Made by a program: the position numbers and the translations under genes. Positions 19,314 through 28,654 of a stretch of DNA of 63,296 nt are shown here, in pieces. The DNA is from a virus (taxonomy: Duplodnaviria; Caudoviricetes). Under the pieces are notes generated by a model. It worked only from the letters and a program-made list of their open reading frames with translations, was not told where the DNA came from and made no database searches. Position 1 is the first letter of the stretch. Every line of letters starts with the position of its first letter. The stretch is taken from positions 1 to 63,296 of the IMG/VR virus record IMGVR_UViG_3300001242_000003; one strand, written 5' to 3'.

Positions 19314-20197
19314 GTAGTTTAATAGATAACATCAAGGATCAGATTAAAAGATCTGGCGCTAATAAAGGCAAATTTTTATATTTTAAGCCTGGTGTGAAGG
19401 TAAGGATTAGGTTCCTTCAAGACCTGGATGACGGCATGAAAGTAAAATTTCATGATAGTTTTACGCTTGGTGTAAATGTACCATGCCAAGAAGTATTTGG
19501 CCGTGATTGTGATAAGTGCGAAATGGAAGGTTTAAGGCACCGGGACCAATATATTTGGTCAGTTTTTGACCATGACGCAAAAGAAACAAGATTTTTAATG
19601 GGAGCAGCAAATAATGCTTCACCCGTGCCAGCGCTTGTAGGAATGTATGAAGCTTATGGAACTTTGACTGATAGGGATTATGTTATAACCAAAATAGGTC
19701 AAGGTACTGCAACAACTTATCAAGTAGTACCAATGGATAAGGTTAAGTTCCGTAATGAAAAAGCTAAGCCATATAGCGAGAAAAAGACGTTGGAATTGCT
19801 TGATAAAGCTTTTCCGGATGAAGATAGAGATGATGAAGATGACAAACCAGCTAAAGGGAATAAAAAGCCAAGTAAATCAAATAAAAATAAAGAAACTGCT
19901 GATTATGATGATATGTCAGCTAAAGAATTGTATAGCCTTTGCCAGGAGCGTGATATTGCTTGTAAGCCAAGGAAAAGTGAAGATTATTATATTGAATTGC
20001 TTGAAGAATGGGACGAAGAGCAGAAAGAAGCGGATAGCGATGGTAAGGTAGATTATGAAGAGCTGTCTGCTAAAGAGTTGTACAAGCTTTGCCAAGAGCG
20101 AGATATTGAATGCAAGCCCAGAAAAAGTGAAGATTATTATATTGAGATTTTGGAGGAAGATGATGCTGAAAATGGCGGAGACAAGGATGATTGGTAA
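19310..20197 (+). CDS. Single-stranded DNA-binding protein with two tandem HeH/Rho-N-like repeats
   Basis: IRFL...HD...PC...C..C; DRDY.I.K.G.G..T.Y; duplicated YDDMSAKELY.LCQERDI.CKPRKSEDYYIE; acidic DDW tail. Confidence 0.7.
   Translation: MSSLIDNIKDQIKRSGANKGKFLYFKPGVKVRIRFLQDLDDGMKVKFHDSFTLGVNVPCQEVFGRDCDKCEMEGLRHRDQYIWSVFDHDAKETRFLMGAANNASPVPALVGMYEAYGTLTDRDYVITKIGQGTATTYQVVPMDKVKFRNEKAKPYSEKKTLELLDKAFPDEDRDDEDDKPAKGNKKPSKSNKNKETADYDDMSAKELYSLCQERDIACKPRKSEDYYIELLEEWDEEQKEADSDGKVDYEELSAKELYKLCQERDIECKPRKSEDYYIEILEEDDAENGGDKDDW
19901..20158 (+). repeat. Intragenic duplication (~108 bp x2: 19901-20008 and 20051-20158)
   Basis: Near-identical 36-aa units in the SSB. Confidence 0.85.
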
Positions 20198-20540
20198 AAA
20201 AAATGGATTAACTAATATTTTTAATCAGCAAGCTGCATTTCAAAAGCTTATAACTTCAATTGATTTGCCTAGCGATAATGTCGTTTGGTCATCGTATCAT
20301 ATTTTAGGACTTCAGGAAGAAATTGGCGAAGTGCTTAAAGCAGATAAACGCTGGAAAACTCATAGAAATGCAGCATATGATCCTGAAAACAAATTAGATG
20401 AAATAGTTGATTGTTTTATAACGCTTGTTAATATAGCTTTGTTTTCCGGGTTTGGTTCGCAAGAAATTTATAGTGCTATTGAAAATAAAATTAAAGAGAA
20501 TGTCGAAAGGTTGGATGATAGTGATGGAGAACAACAATAG
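20187..20540 (+). CDS. All-alpha NTP pyrophosphatase (MazG/dUTPase-2 like; putative dCTPase)
   Basis: EEIGEVL...WK.H...DEIVDCF motifs. Confidence 0.75.
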   Translation: MIGKKNGLTNIFNQQAAFQKLITSIDLPSDNVVWSSYHILGLQEEIGEVLKADKRWKTHRNAAYDPENKLDEIVDCFITLVNIALFSGFGSQEIYSAIENKIKENVERLDDSDGEQQ

Positions 20541-22305
20541 CGAAAAGTTTTATCTTGGTATTAGCTTAGGGTTTAATTCTTCGGCTTGCGTTATGTCAAA
20601 TAAACGTGGTTTGATAGCAGCTGTTTCACAAGAAAGGTTATGTGGAATTAAGAATACGAAAGAGTTCCCGGTTGATGCGATAATTGAATGCATCAAATTG
20701 GCTAAAGCTCCTTTTAGTTATAAATTTGATGTTGGTATAAGCCATTACCAGCATATAACAGCGGAAAATATTTACAAGTATCTGCCGGAAAAATATAAAG
20801 ATTATATGGGAACTTTTCATAATGTTTGTTTATTCGGCCTTGATTATGTTGAAGATTGCCTAAAAGCCTTGGCTTGCGTTTTAGTAAATTCAATAGTCAG
20901 GGTTGAACATCATACAGCTCATGCTTATGCAGCTTTAGTCATGCATGGCAAAGATGCAAATATGTCGGATGATAGAAATATATTTGTTACTTGTGATGGT
21001 TTTGGTGACGGAACCAGCGGAAGGATAGTGCTTGGCTCCGGTGAGGTGCTTGCTAGTTTAAGGCTAGTTGATAGCGTCGGATTGTTTTATCAGTTTGTAA
21101 CTGGAGCTTTGGGTTATAAAGAACATCAACATGAAGGTAAAATAACTGGCTTGGCTGCGTTTGGTAAGCCAATTTATGTAGAGAAGTTAGTCGAAGTATA
21201 TAGCCAAATGTTATCAGTCGATTTAAGTAAAGAGCAAAGCTCAGAGGTAAAAGCGAGTAATATTGAAAACTTTAATTTATTTTTACGCTTAAAAGATAGC
21301 ACTTATAAGCTAGTTAATTGCTTGCTTGGTAGCGGAGCATTGCCGGAGGATATTGCTGCTTCGGTTCAATTCTTTACTGAAATGGTAATAATTAATTGGC
21401 TTAATAGCACTATTGAAAAATACACTAAAAAAACTATTAATTTCCCTTTGTTTAATGTGTATTTTTCAGGCGGGCTTTTTGCAAATGTAAAACTTAATCA
21501 AAAGATTCATGCTTTACCTTGGGTTGAAAATATTTATGTATGTCCAGCAATGGGTGATGAAGGAACTTGTATTGGTGCAGCTTTTCACGCTATGAAAGAA
21601 AAAATAGGTATGGAAGTTATAGAAGCTAATAGCTTTCTAAAGCATCAGGTTAGCCCGTATCTGGGAACAAAGCATGAATATAGTGCAGAGCAAGTAATAT
21701 TGGAATTGGCTAATTTAAGAGCTTCTGAAAGTGTTTGTGTACATGAGCTTGAAGATGCACAACTTATTAATTGCATTGCTAAACATCTTACGAATAAGAA
21801 AATAGTTTGTTTATTCCGTGGCAGAATGGAATTTGGTCCAAGAGCGTTAGGTAATCGGTCAATACTTTATCATTGCACGGACCGAACAGTTAATATGTGG
21901 CTAAATGAACAACTTGGTAGAACTGAATTTATGCCGTTTGCTCCGATATGCAAAATGGAAAATGCTGGGGCTTTATTTGACAAAATTGGCGCTGAGCAAA
22001 CAGCGGAATATATGACAATAACATTTAATTGCTCAGATGAATTCAAAAATAACTATCCAGCAGCCTGTCATATAGATGGAACTGCCAGACCGCAGTTAGT
22101 AACGAAAGAAGCTAATAGATTTATGTGGAACTTATTGGACAAGTATGAGTCAATTTCATGTCAGAAAGTCCTAATTAATACTAGCTTTAATTTGCATAAT
22201 TTTCCTATCATTGAAAGCCCTGAGGATGCAATTCAAAGTTGGTTTGATTCAAATACTGATGTATTAGTAATAAATAATGTAGTCATAGAGAGGATGGTAA
22301 AGTAA
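20515..22305 (+). CDS. O-carbamoyltransferase (CmcH/NodU/TobZ family)
   Basis: EHHTAHA, DGFGD, EGKITGLA, GGLFANVKLN, EFGPRALGNRS, PFAP, HIDGTARPQ, NTSFN. Confidence 0.92.
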   Translation: MIVMENNNSEKFYLGISLGFNSSACVMSNKRGLIAAVSQERLCGIKNTKEFPVDAIIECIKLAKAPFSYKFDVGISHYQHITAENIYKYLPEKYKDYMGTFHNVCLFGLDYVEDCLKALACVLVNSIVRVEHHTAHAYAALVMHGKDANMSDDRNIFVTCDGFGDGTSGRIVLGSGEVLASLRLVDSVGLFYQFVTGALGYKEHQHEGKITGLAAFGKPIYVEKLVEVYSQMLSVDLSKEQSSEVKASNIENFNLFLRLKDSTYKLVNCLLGSGALPEDIAASVQFFTEMVIINWLNSTIEKYTKKTINFPLFNVYFSGGLFANVKLNQKIHALPWVENIYVCPAMGDEGTCIGAAFHAMKEKIGMEVIEANSFLKHQVSPYLGTKHEYSAEQVILELANLRASESVCVHELEDAQLINCIAKHLTNKKIVCLFRGRMEFGPRALGNRSILYHCTDRTVNMWLNEQLGRTEFMPFAPICKMENAGALFDKIGAEQTAEYMTITFNCSDEFKNNYPAACHIDGTARPQLVTKEANRFMWNLLDKYESISCQKVLINTSFNLHNFPIIESPEDAIQSWFDSNTDVLVINNVVIERMVK

Positions 22306-23820
22306 ATGCCGTATTTAAAAGTTAATTCAGTAACAGAAGCTTTTAGCTCGGTTGTTGCACTTTTGGAAGCAGAAGGTTTTGAAACTGCCCCTAGAGGAAT
22401 GAAAATAAAAGAAGTGCTTAATTGTTGTATTGAAGTAACTAATCCCCGGGATAGAATTGTACAAAATCCTGAAAGGCAAATGAATTTTTCTTACGCTGTT
22501 GGCGAATTGCTTTGGTATTTAAGCGGGCGCAATGATGTAGGTACTATGGAGTATTATTCAAAGAAAATGGCTAATTTTTCAGACGATGGTAAAACATTAA
22601 ATTCAGCTTATGGCCATAGAATTTTTGGTAATAATGCTAAGATTGGCTTTAACCAATGGGAACATGTAAAGCAACAGCTTATTGCCGATCCGGATTCACG
22701 GCAAGCAATAATTCATTTGCATACTCCAAATAACCAGAAAACAAAAGATGAAGTTTGCACGTTAAGCTTGCAATTTTTGCTCAGGCATGGTAAACTAAAT
22801 CTTATTGTTAATATGCGCTCAAATGATATTGTGCTTGGCTTTACGTACGATGCTTTTGCGTTTACTATGTTGCAGGAAATTATGGCAATTGAACTTGGCG
22901 TTGAATTAGGAAGCTACTTCCATAATGCTGGAAGTATGCACATGTATGAGCGTGATTTTAATACTTATAGTAAAATAACTTATAAAGTTAATTCAATGCC
23001 GATGTTGCCGCTGAACATGGTTTTAACGGATTTTGATCGCTTAATTGATTATGAAGCTTTTTGCAGGGATTTTAATAATAGTTTTAAAGAAGTAATTGAT
23101 TATACCACCTCAATGTTAGTTGCAAGTAAAAATAGTAATGAAAGAATATTTATGATTTCTTTAGCTATTTGGACAGTTATACGGCGCGGATATAGTTTCG
23201 CTTGTACTAAATATGTTAATAATTTTATTAATATAAGCCGCAGAATTGATGAGCGCTTTGCAGATATTCTTGCAGCAGGAAATAGTGTTTTTACTAAGAA
23301 CGATTTTAAAGTAATAATTGAAGGTGTAGATGCTAGTGGTAAAACATCTTTAGCGAACGCTTTAGCGCTTAATATTAATGGCTTAGCTTTATCAATACAG
23401 CATTATGACGCACCAACTAAAAACTTTGCTTTTTATTCAGCGTATAAAAGCGCCTTACAAAGTAAAGTTAGCACTATATTTGATAGGTTCTTTTTCTCAG
23501 AAATTGCCTATTCAAAAGCTATAGGCAAAGAATGCAGAATTAACGAAGTTAGGCAAAACTTGCTCTTAGGTATTATTTCAATATCTGGTTTTGTATGCGT
23601 TTTCTTTGTGTTTAATGACTTAGAGCTTGATTTGGTAATAAGCCGAATGGATGCTAAAGATTATGATAAATATGTTAAATCAGGGCTTATTTACAAAATT
23701 AATAGTGCTTACAAAGATCTTTGTGAAAGGGCTGAAAGGCATGGTTGCAAGGTGATAAAAGTAACTAAAGCTAATTATGATGTTGAACAAGTTATTGAGC
23801 AAATTAAAGGAGCTTTATAA
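22306..23820 (+). CDS. Thymidylate-synthase-family dCMP hydroxymethylase fused to dNMP kinase
   Basis: DSRQA, CT, MRSND...GFTYD (Asp at the base-specificity position), S.H.Y; C-terminal IIEGVDASGKT...FDRFFFSE. Confidence 0.8.
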   Translation: MPYLKVNSVTEAFSSVVALLEAEGFETAPRGMKIKEVLNCCIEVTNPRDRIVQNPERQMNFSYAVGELLWYLSGRNDVGTMEYYSKKMANFSDDGKTLNSAYGHRIFGNNAKIGFNQWEHVKQQLIADPDSRQAIIHLHTPNNQKTKDEVCTLSLQFLLRHGKLNLIVNMRSNDIVLGFTYDAFAFTMLQEIMAIELGVELGSYFHNAGSMHMYERDFNTYSKITYKVNSMPMLPLNMVLTDFDRLIDYEAFCRDFNNSFKEVIDYTTSMLVASKNSNERIFMISLAIWTVIRRGYSFACTKYVNNFINISRRIDERFADILAAGNSVFTKNDFKVIIEGVDASGKTSLANALALNINGLALSIQHYDAPTKNFAFYSAYKSALQSKVSTIFDRFFFSEIAYSKAIGKECRINEVRQNLLLGIISISGFVCVFFVFNDLELDLVISRMDAKDYDKYVKSGLIYKINSAYKDLCERAERHGCKVIKVTKANYDVEQVIEQIKGAL

Positions 23821-23822
23821 TT

Positions 23823-26510
23823 ATGTGGTTTGAACTGCATAAGCACACACATTTTAGTTTATTTGATGGATTTGGTCTTATAGGTGATGTTGTAAAGCGG
23901 GCTGTTGAATTGGACATGCCCGCTTTGGCGGTAACAGACCATGGAAATACCTGCGGATTAGCTAAACTATATTTCACTTGTAAAGACAAAGGTATTAAGC
24001 CAATACTCGGTGTAGAAGTTTATTTTCAGCCTAAGTTCAATAAAGAAAATAAAACTAATCATCTATGCTTATTTGCTAAGAATCAGCAAGGTTATTCTAA
24101 TATAATGAGGATAATAACTGAAGCAAATGAGGAAAATTTTTATTATAAAGGTATAGTAACCTTTGAGCTGTTAGAAAAGTATAATGAAGGTGTGATATGT
24201 TCTTCAGGTTGTTTAGCTGGCTTTATACCGCAAGCAATTTTAAATAATAATAAAGAGCTTGCGGTAAAAGCTATCAAGAAATTTAAAAGAATATTTGGTG
24301 AAGATTTTTACTTTGAAATAATGCCTATACCAGTTGATAAAGTAGGAACACAAGAGAAAGTTAATAAAATCATGTATAAACTTGGTGAAAGGTATAATAT
24401 TGGTTGTATACCAACGACTGATTCGCATTATACTAGAGCGGAGGATTTTCCATCGTATAAGGTGATGCATAAAATAGCTGGCACTAAGTATGATATAGAG
24501 CAAACATACAAAGACCGGTATATGCACAGTGAAGCCGAGATAAAGGAACGGCTTCATAACGAAGGATTTACTAAAAGTCAAGTAAGAAATATGCTCAATA
24601 ACATGGAAGAAATTTATAACAAAATAAACATTGAGCTTGACTTTTCAGAATCAATTCCAGTGCTTGGCAGTGGTGATTCGTATGAGCAACTTAAAGAGCG
24701 TTGCAAAGAAGCTCTTAAAAAGTATTTGAAAAAGCGCGGTTTAATGCATAAAAAACGTACATATTTAGACAGGTTGAGAACTGAACTAGAAGTTATTGAA
24801 TCGCACCACTTATCAGACTATTTTTTAATAGTAGCTGATTATGTAGATGAAGCTAAAAGACGTGATATATATGTTGGTCCTGGTAGGGGCTCAGTATGTG
24901 CTTCACTTATAGCTGATTTACTTGGTATAACAGATGTTGATCCAGTTGAAATCGGAAATGACTTTGCTAGATTTTTGCGCTTGGACAAAAAGAAAATGCC
25001 GGACATTGACTTGGATTTTGAATATGGCAAGCGTGATGAAATAACTGAATATTTGTTACAAAAGAATAAAGGAAACTCAGCGCAAGTTATTACTTTTGGA
25101 TTAAATCGTACTAAAAATCTTTGTAATGATTTGATAAAGGTGTTTGAAGTTTACGAAGATGATGCAGTTATTTTTCGTAAATATATTTCTAAGCATGTAG
25201 ATGATAATCGTCTTGTAAAAATGATGGACATTGATTATGAGGCGATACTTAAAGAGCCTGGAATGGCGCAAATAAATAAAAAGTATGACAATATAGTAAT
25301 CCATTTTTGTAAGCTGTATGGACAAATAAAGTATTATGGAACACATGCTGCTGGTGTAGTTATTACCAATGGACCAATTAAGAACTATATTTCCTTGGTA
25401 AAATACAAAGGTAAGTTGGCAACATGTTACGACAAGTTTGATTGTGAAGATCTTGGATTCTTAAAATTTGATATTCTCGGTTTAAAGACGCTAAATATTC
25501 TGCATGATATCGAGGAGCTTACGGGAGAACGATATGATTATAGGACAGCACCAGAAAGAACTAAAACTGCTATTTATGAAGGTTTTAGAACTGGTAAAAC
25601 TTCAGGTGTATTTCAATTAGGAAGCGGAACGGCTAAAGATATTTTAACCTCAATAGGCACGGATAATTTGCAGGATTTAATTGCAGCTATATCATTAAAT
25701 CGTCCAGGGCCTTTATCATTAACAATGCATGAAAAGTATGCAGAGAATAAATTAAATCCGCCTAAAGATTCCGCTTGGTATGAATATACGGCAGACACAA
25801 ATGGCACTTTAATTTACCAAGAACACGTTATGCAAATATGTAAAGGCCTTGCCGGATTGGACTATAATACGGCTGATAAAATATTCAAATGGCGCATGAC
25901 GGAAGAAGAAAGAAACAAAGTTTGTAATTTATTTGTAGAAGGAGCACACAAAGTTAGTGGAGTTGATAAGCAAGAAGCTCATGATTTATTCTATAGCATG
26001 TCAAGCTATTTGTTTAATAAAGGTCATGCTTCCGGCTATGCAGTAATTTCTGAATGGCATATGTACCACAAACTTTTTCATCCAACTGAATTTTGGTATG
26101 CCAGCATGAAGTATGAAATTGATGAGAAGAAGAAGTTTGAATTTCAGGCTGAAGCCGCTGCTGATGGTGTATTATTTTTCTTACCTCATGTAAATTATAC
26201 AGCTGATTATTCAATCCGCAAAGTTGAAGGCGAAAGTGTAGTTCAGCAAGGTTTGACTTCAATCAAAAACGTAGGTCAAAAAGCTGCTGAAACTATTGAA
26301 TATGAGCGCAGGCTTAATGGTTTTTATAAAAGCTATGATGACTTCTTGGATAGAGTTCCAAAGCGCCAAGTAAATTCAAGAGTAGTTGAATGTTTGCTCG
26401 AACAAGGTGCATTGGAATTTAACAAGAAAACTTATTTAAAGCGTACTATTAAATACAATTCTGTGCTATATATGAAAGGCCTTAGAGTTAAGAATAATTG
26501 TACTATATAG
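23823..26510 (+). CDS. dnaE: DNA polymerase III alpha subunit (family C)
   Basis: PHP HxHT..S..DG, TDHG, GPGRGS, PDIDLD, HAAGVVI, KFDILGL, FNKGHA. Confidence 0.95.
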   Translation: MWFELHKHTHFSLFDGFGLIGDVVKRAVELDMPALAVTDHGNTCGLAKLYFTCKDKGIKPILGVEVYFQPKFNKENKTNHLCLFAKNQQGYSNIMRIITEANEENFYYKGIVTFELLEKYNEGVICSSGCLAGFIPQAILNNNKELAVKAIKKFKRIFGEDFYFEIMPIPVDKVGTQEKVNKIMYKLGERYNIGCIPTTDSHYTRAEDFPSYKVMHKIAGTKYDIEQTYKDRYMHSEAEIKERLHNEGFTKSQVRNMLNNMEEIYNKINIELDFSESIPVLGSGDSYEQLKERCKEALKKYLKKRGLMHKKRTYLDRLRTELEVIESHHLSDYFLIVADYVDEAKRRDIYVGPGRGSVCASLIADLLGITDVDPVEIGNDFARFLRLDKKKMPDIDLDFEYGKRDEITEYLLQKNKGNSAQVITFGLNRTKNLCNDLIKVFEVYEDDAVIFRKYISKHVDDNRLVKMMDIDYEAILKEPGMAQINKKYDNIVIHFCKLYGQIKYYGTHAAGVVITNGPIKNYISLVKYKGKLATCYDKFDCEDLGFLKFDILGLKTLNILHDIEELTGERYDYRTAPERTKTAIYEGFRTGKTSGVFQLGSGTAKDILTSIGTDNLQDLIAAISLNRPGPLSLTMHEKYAENKLNPPKDSAWYEYTADTNGTLIYQEHVMQICKGLAGLDYNTADKIFKWRMTEEERNKVCNLFVEGAHKVSGVDKQEAHDLFYSMSSYLFNKGHASGYAVISEWHMYHKLFHPTEFWYASMKYEIDEKKKFEFQAEAAADGVLFFLPHVNYTADYSIRKVEGESVVQQGLTSIKNVGQKAAETIEYERRLNGFYKSYDDFLDRVPKRQVNSRVVECLLEQGALEFNKKTYLKRTIKYNSVLYMKGLRVKNNCTI

Positions 26511-26526
26511 TGGAAGGAGCTTTAAA

Positions 26527-26691
26527 ATGTCAATGGTAATATTACCTTGTGGTTTACAAGGCCAAGATTTAAGTTGTTTTAAAAACTGTCAACTTGGTAA
26601 AGCAGGCAATGCCAAAAAGATAGAAATGTGTTATGACTTATTAAAAGGCTCAAAGAAGGCTAATAGTAAGCGCAAGGCCAAAACTACATAA
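26527..26691 (+). CDS. Small hypothetical protein (54 aa)
   Basis: AAGGAG RBS; four Cys; not in ORF track. Confidence 0.45.
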   Translation: MSMVILPCGLQGQDLSCFKNCQLGKAGNAKKIEMCYDLLKGSKKANSKRKAKTT

Positions 26692-26781
26692 AATATAAAT
26701 TGCTATTGGCTATAGGCTTCCTAGACATTCACAAAGCTACTTTGTATGGCAAATATATTTGCATTAAATCGCAAATTGCTA

Positions 26782-26810
26782 TTTACAAAGTAGCTTTTTT
26801 ATTATATAAT
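26782..26810 (+). promoter_or_regulatory. SigA-type promoter TTTACA-N17-TATAAT
   Basis: Exact motif. Confidence 0.75.
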
Positions 26811-26851
26811 AGCTTTAATAACAAAATAGTTCTCAAGAGGAGGAATTAATA

Positions 26852-27013
26852 ATGAATAGGCCTTTAGAAGTTATTTTAGACGAATTAAGTAGATTTGGGA
26901 CAGAATATACTTATAGTGAAGCACAGTTAGTTATTGAGTTTTTAATGAGCGTTGAACAACCATTTGAAGTAAATTTTACGTTTGATGGTAAAATAATTAT
27001 AGCCACAAAATAG
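26852..27013 (+). CDS. Small hypothetical protein (53 aa)
   Basis: GAGGAGG RBS, MNRPLEVILDELSRFG...; not in ORF track. Confidence 0.65.
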   Translation: MNRPLEVILDELSRFGTEYTYSEAQLVIEFLMSVEQPFEVNFTFDGKIIIATK

Positions 27014-27034
27014 CACTCAGAGGAGGAATATATT

Positions 27035-27268
27035 ATGGAATTAAAGTGCGGTAGAAAAACATACATTTTAACTGAGAAAGATTTGATAATGTTTAATGGA
27101 GCTTGTTATCAGCTTGTAACTAGAGTTGAGCCAATAGACCATTATGACGTTAGCCCAATAGTTGCTAGAAACAGAGCAGAAAAGTTAATAAGAGAAGGAA
27201 AATTAGTTTTATCACATAAAGGTATTAAGCGTAATGTAAAGGTAGAATTTTATAAGATTGCTAGATAG
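27035..27268 (+). CDS. Hypothetical protein
   Basis: GAGGAGG RBS. Confidence 0.7.
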   Translation: MELKCGRKTYILTEKDLIMFNGACYQLVTRVEPIDHYDVSPIVARNRAEKLIREGKLVLSHKGIKRNVKVEFYKIAR

Positions 27269-27272
27269 ACCG

Positions 27273-27291
27273 CCCTCTTCGGAGGGTTTTA
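27273..27291 (+). terminator. Rho-independent terminator
   Basis: CCCTC-TTCG-GAGGG followed by TTTT. Confidence 0.75.
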
Positions 27292-27315
27292 TATTTTAGA
27301 AAGGGTGTACAAGCG

Positions 27316-28254
27316 TTGGCAAAAACTAATAAAGAAAAAATAATGCAGCTATGTAAGCAGATTGACCAAAAGGAAGGTGCAGGAAGTATATTTAGCCTAG
27401 GCTCTAAAAATTCAGTGTTAAAGATTCCTCGTTGGTCAACTGGCATTGAGGATCTAGATCACATACTGGGTGGCGGAATGCCTGAAGGTAGAATAATTGA
27501 GATATTTGGCCCAGAATCAAGCGGGAAAACTAGCTTAGGTTACCATTTGTCCAGTCTACATGAGCTTTGCTTAAATATACCGATTGAAGGAACTTTTGAT
27601 GCTAATAGAGCTAAGCAGTTTGGTAATAGACCTAAACAAATGCTTGTATATAGAGCAAAATATGGTGAAGCAGCACTTAATAGGGCTATGAAGTTTGCTG
27701 AATCAGGTATTCCATTAATCGTCATTGACAGCGTTCCGGCATTAAAGCCTAAGGAAGATATCGAAAAGCTCAAGAAAAATATCAACAATGATAAAGAGGA
27801 AAATGATCGTATGGGCGGAGTTGCCCGTTTGCTTCATAGGTACGTGCCGATGCTCGAAGAAGTTGTTGAATTTTCCGGCACTACAATTATTTTTATTAAT
27901 CAGGTGCGGGATAAAATGGATGCAATGTTATTTGGTGAAAAAACAGATACACCAGGTGGTAGGGCCTTAAAATTTTATAGTAGTATTAGATTACAAGTAG
28001 CTAGAAAAAGCTGGATTGAAATACCAAATAAAGATCCAAGAAATTCCGCTGTTAATGAAAAAGTTGGTATGATTATGAAAGTTAAAGTAATTAAAAGCAA
28101 AGTTTGTAATCCAATGGGTGAAGCTGAATTGCCAATGTTCTTCAAGCATAATTTTGTTAGCTTTGATGATATTTCAGTGCTTAGAAAACAGCTTATGGCT
28201 GATAGCAGGAAAAAGCGTGGCAATAGTGAGGAGGATGAAGATGGTGAGGAATAG
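27316..28254 (+). CDS. recA: RecA-family recombinase
   Basis: GGMPEGRIIEIFGPESSGKT, VIDSV, FINQVR, TPGGRALKFYSSIR. Confidence 0.92.
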   Translation: MAKTNKEKIMQLCKQIDQKEGAGSIFSLGSKNSVLKIPRWSTGIEDLDHILGGGMPEGRIIEIFGPESSGKTSLGYHLSSLHELCLNIPIEGTFDANRAKQFGNRPKQMLVYRAKYGEAALNRAMKFAESGIPLIVIDSVPALKPKEDIEKLKKNINNDKEENDRMGGVARLLHRYVPMLEEVVEFSGTTIIFINQVRDKMDAMLFGEKTDTPGGRALKFYSSIRLQVARKSWIEIPNKDPRNSAVNEKVGMIMKVKVIKSKVCNPMGEAELPMFFKHNFVSFDDISVLRKQLMADSRKKRGNSEEDEDGEE

Positions 28255-28654
28255 ACCTAGTAAGGATGCTTATTATTTTGGCATAGCGGAAGCAGTAAGT
28301 AAGCGTAGTACATGCCTCAGGCGCCAATATGGCGCAGTTATTATCAAAGATGATGAAGTAATAGCGACAGGATATAATGGCTCTCCTAGAGGTTCTGAGA
28401 ACTGTTGTGACAGTGGTATATGCTATAGAATAGATAACGACATTCCTCGTGGTACGCAATATGAAAAATGTCAAAGCGTTCATGCAGAACAAAACGCTAT
28501 TATATCAGCAAGGCGCTCAGATATGAAGGGTGGCATATTATATTTATATTGTTTTGATGTCATACTTGGTAAAGCAATGCGACCAGAACCATGTTTAATT
28601 TGCCAGCGTTTAATTAAAAATGCAGGATTAGAGGTTAAGCTATGTCAATGTTAA
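28241..28654 (+). CDS. dCMP deaminase
   Basis: RSTCLRR..GAVI...TGYNG...HAEQNA...PCLIC. Confidence 0.9.
   Translation: MVRNRPSKDAYYFGIAEAVSKRSTCLRRQYGAVIIKDDEVIATGYNGSPRGSENCCDSGICYRIDNDIPRGTQYEKCQSVHAEQNAIISARRSDMKGGILYLYCFDVILGKAMRPEPCLICQRLIKNAGLEVKLCQC

Noticed and set aside
19755-20186. Alternate-frame ORF 19755..20051 and the N-terminal extension of 20055..20540
   Set aside because: Off-frame reads of the SSB repeats; the real pyrophosphatase start is about 20187.
23823-26510. Intein or intron in DnaE, RecA or terminase
   Set aside because: Reading frames are continuous and of normal or short length, with no splice motifs.
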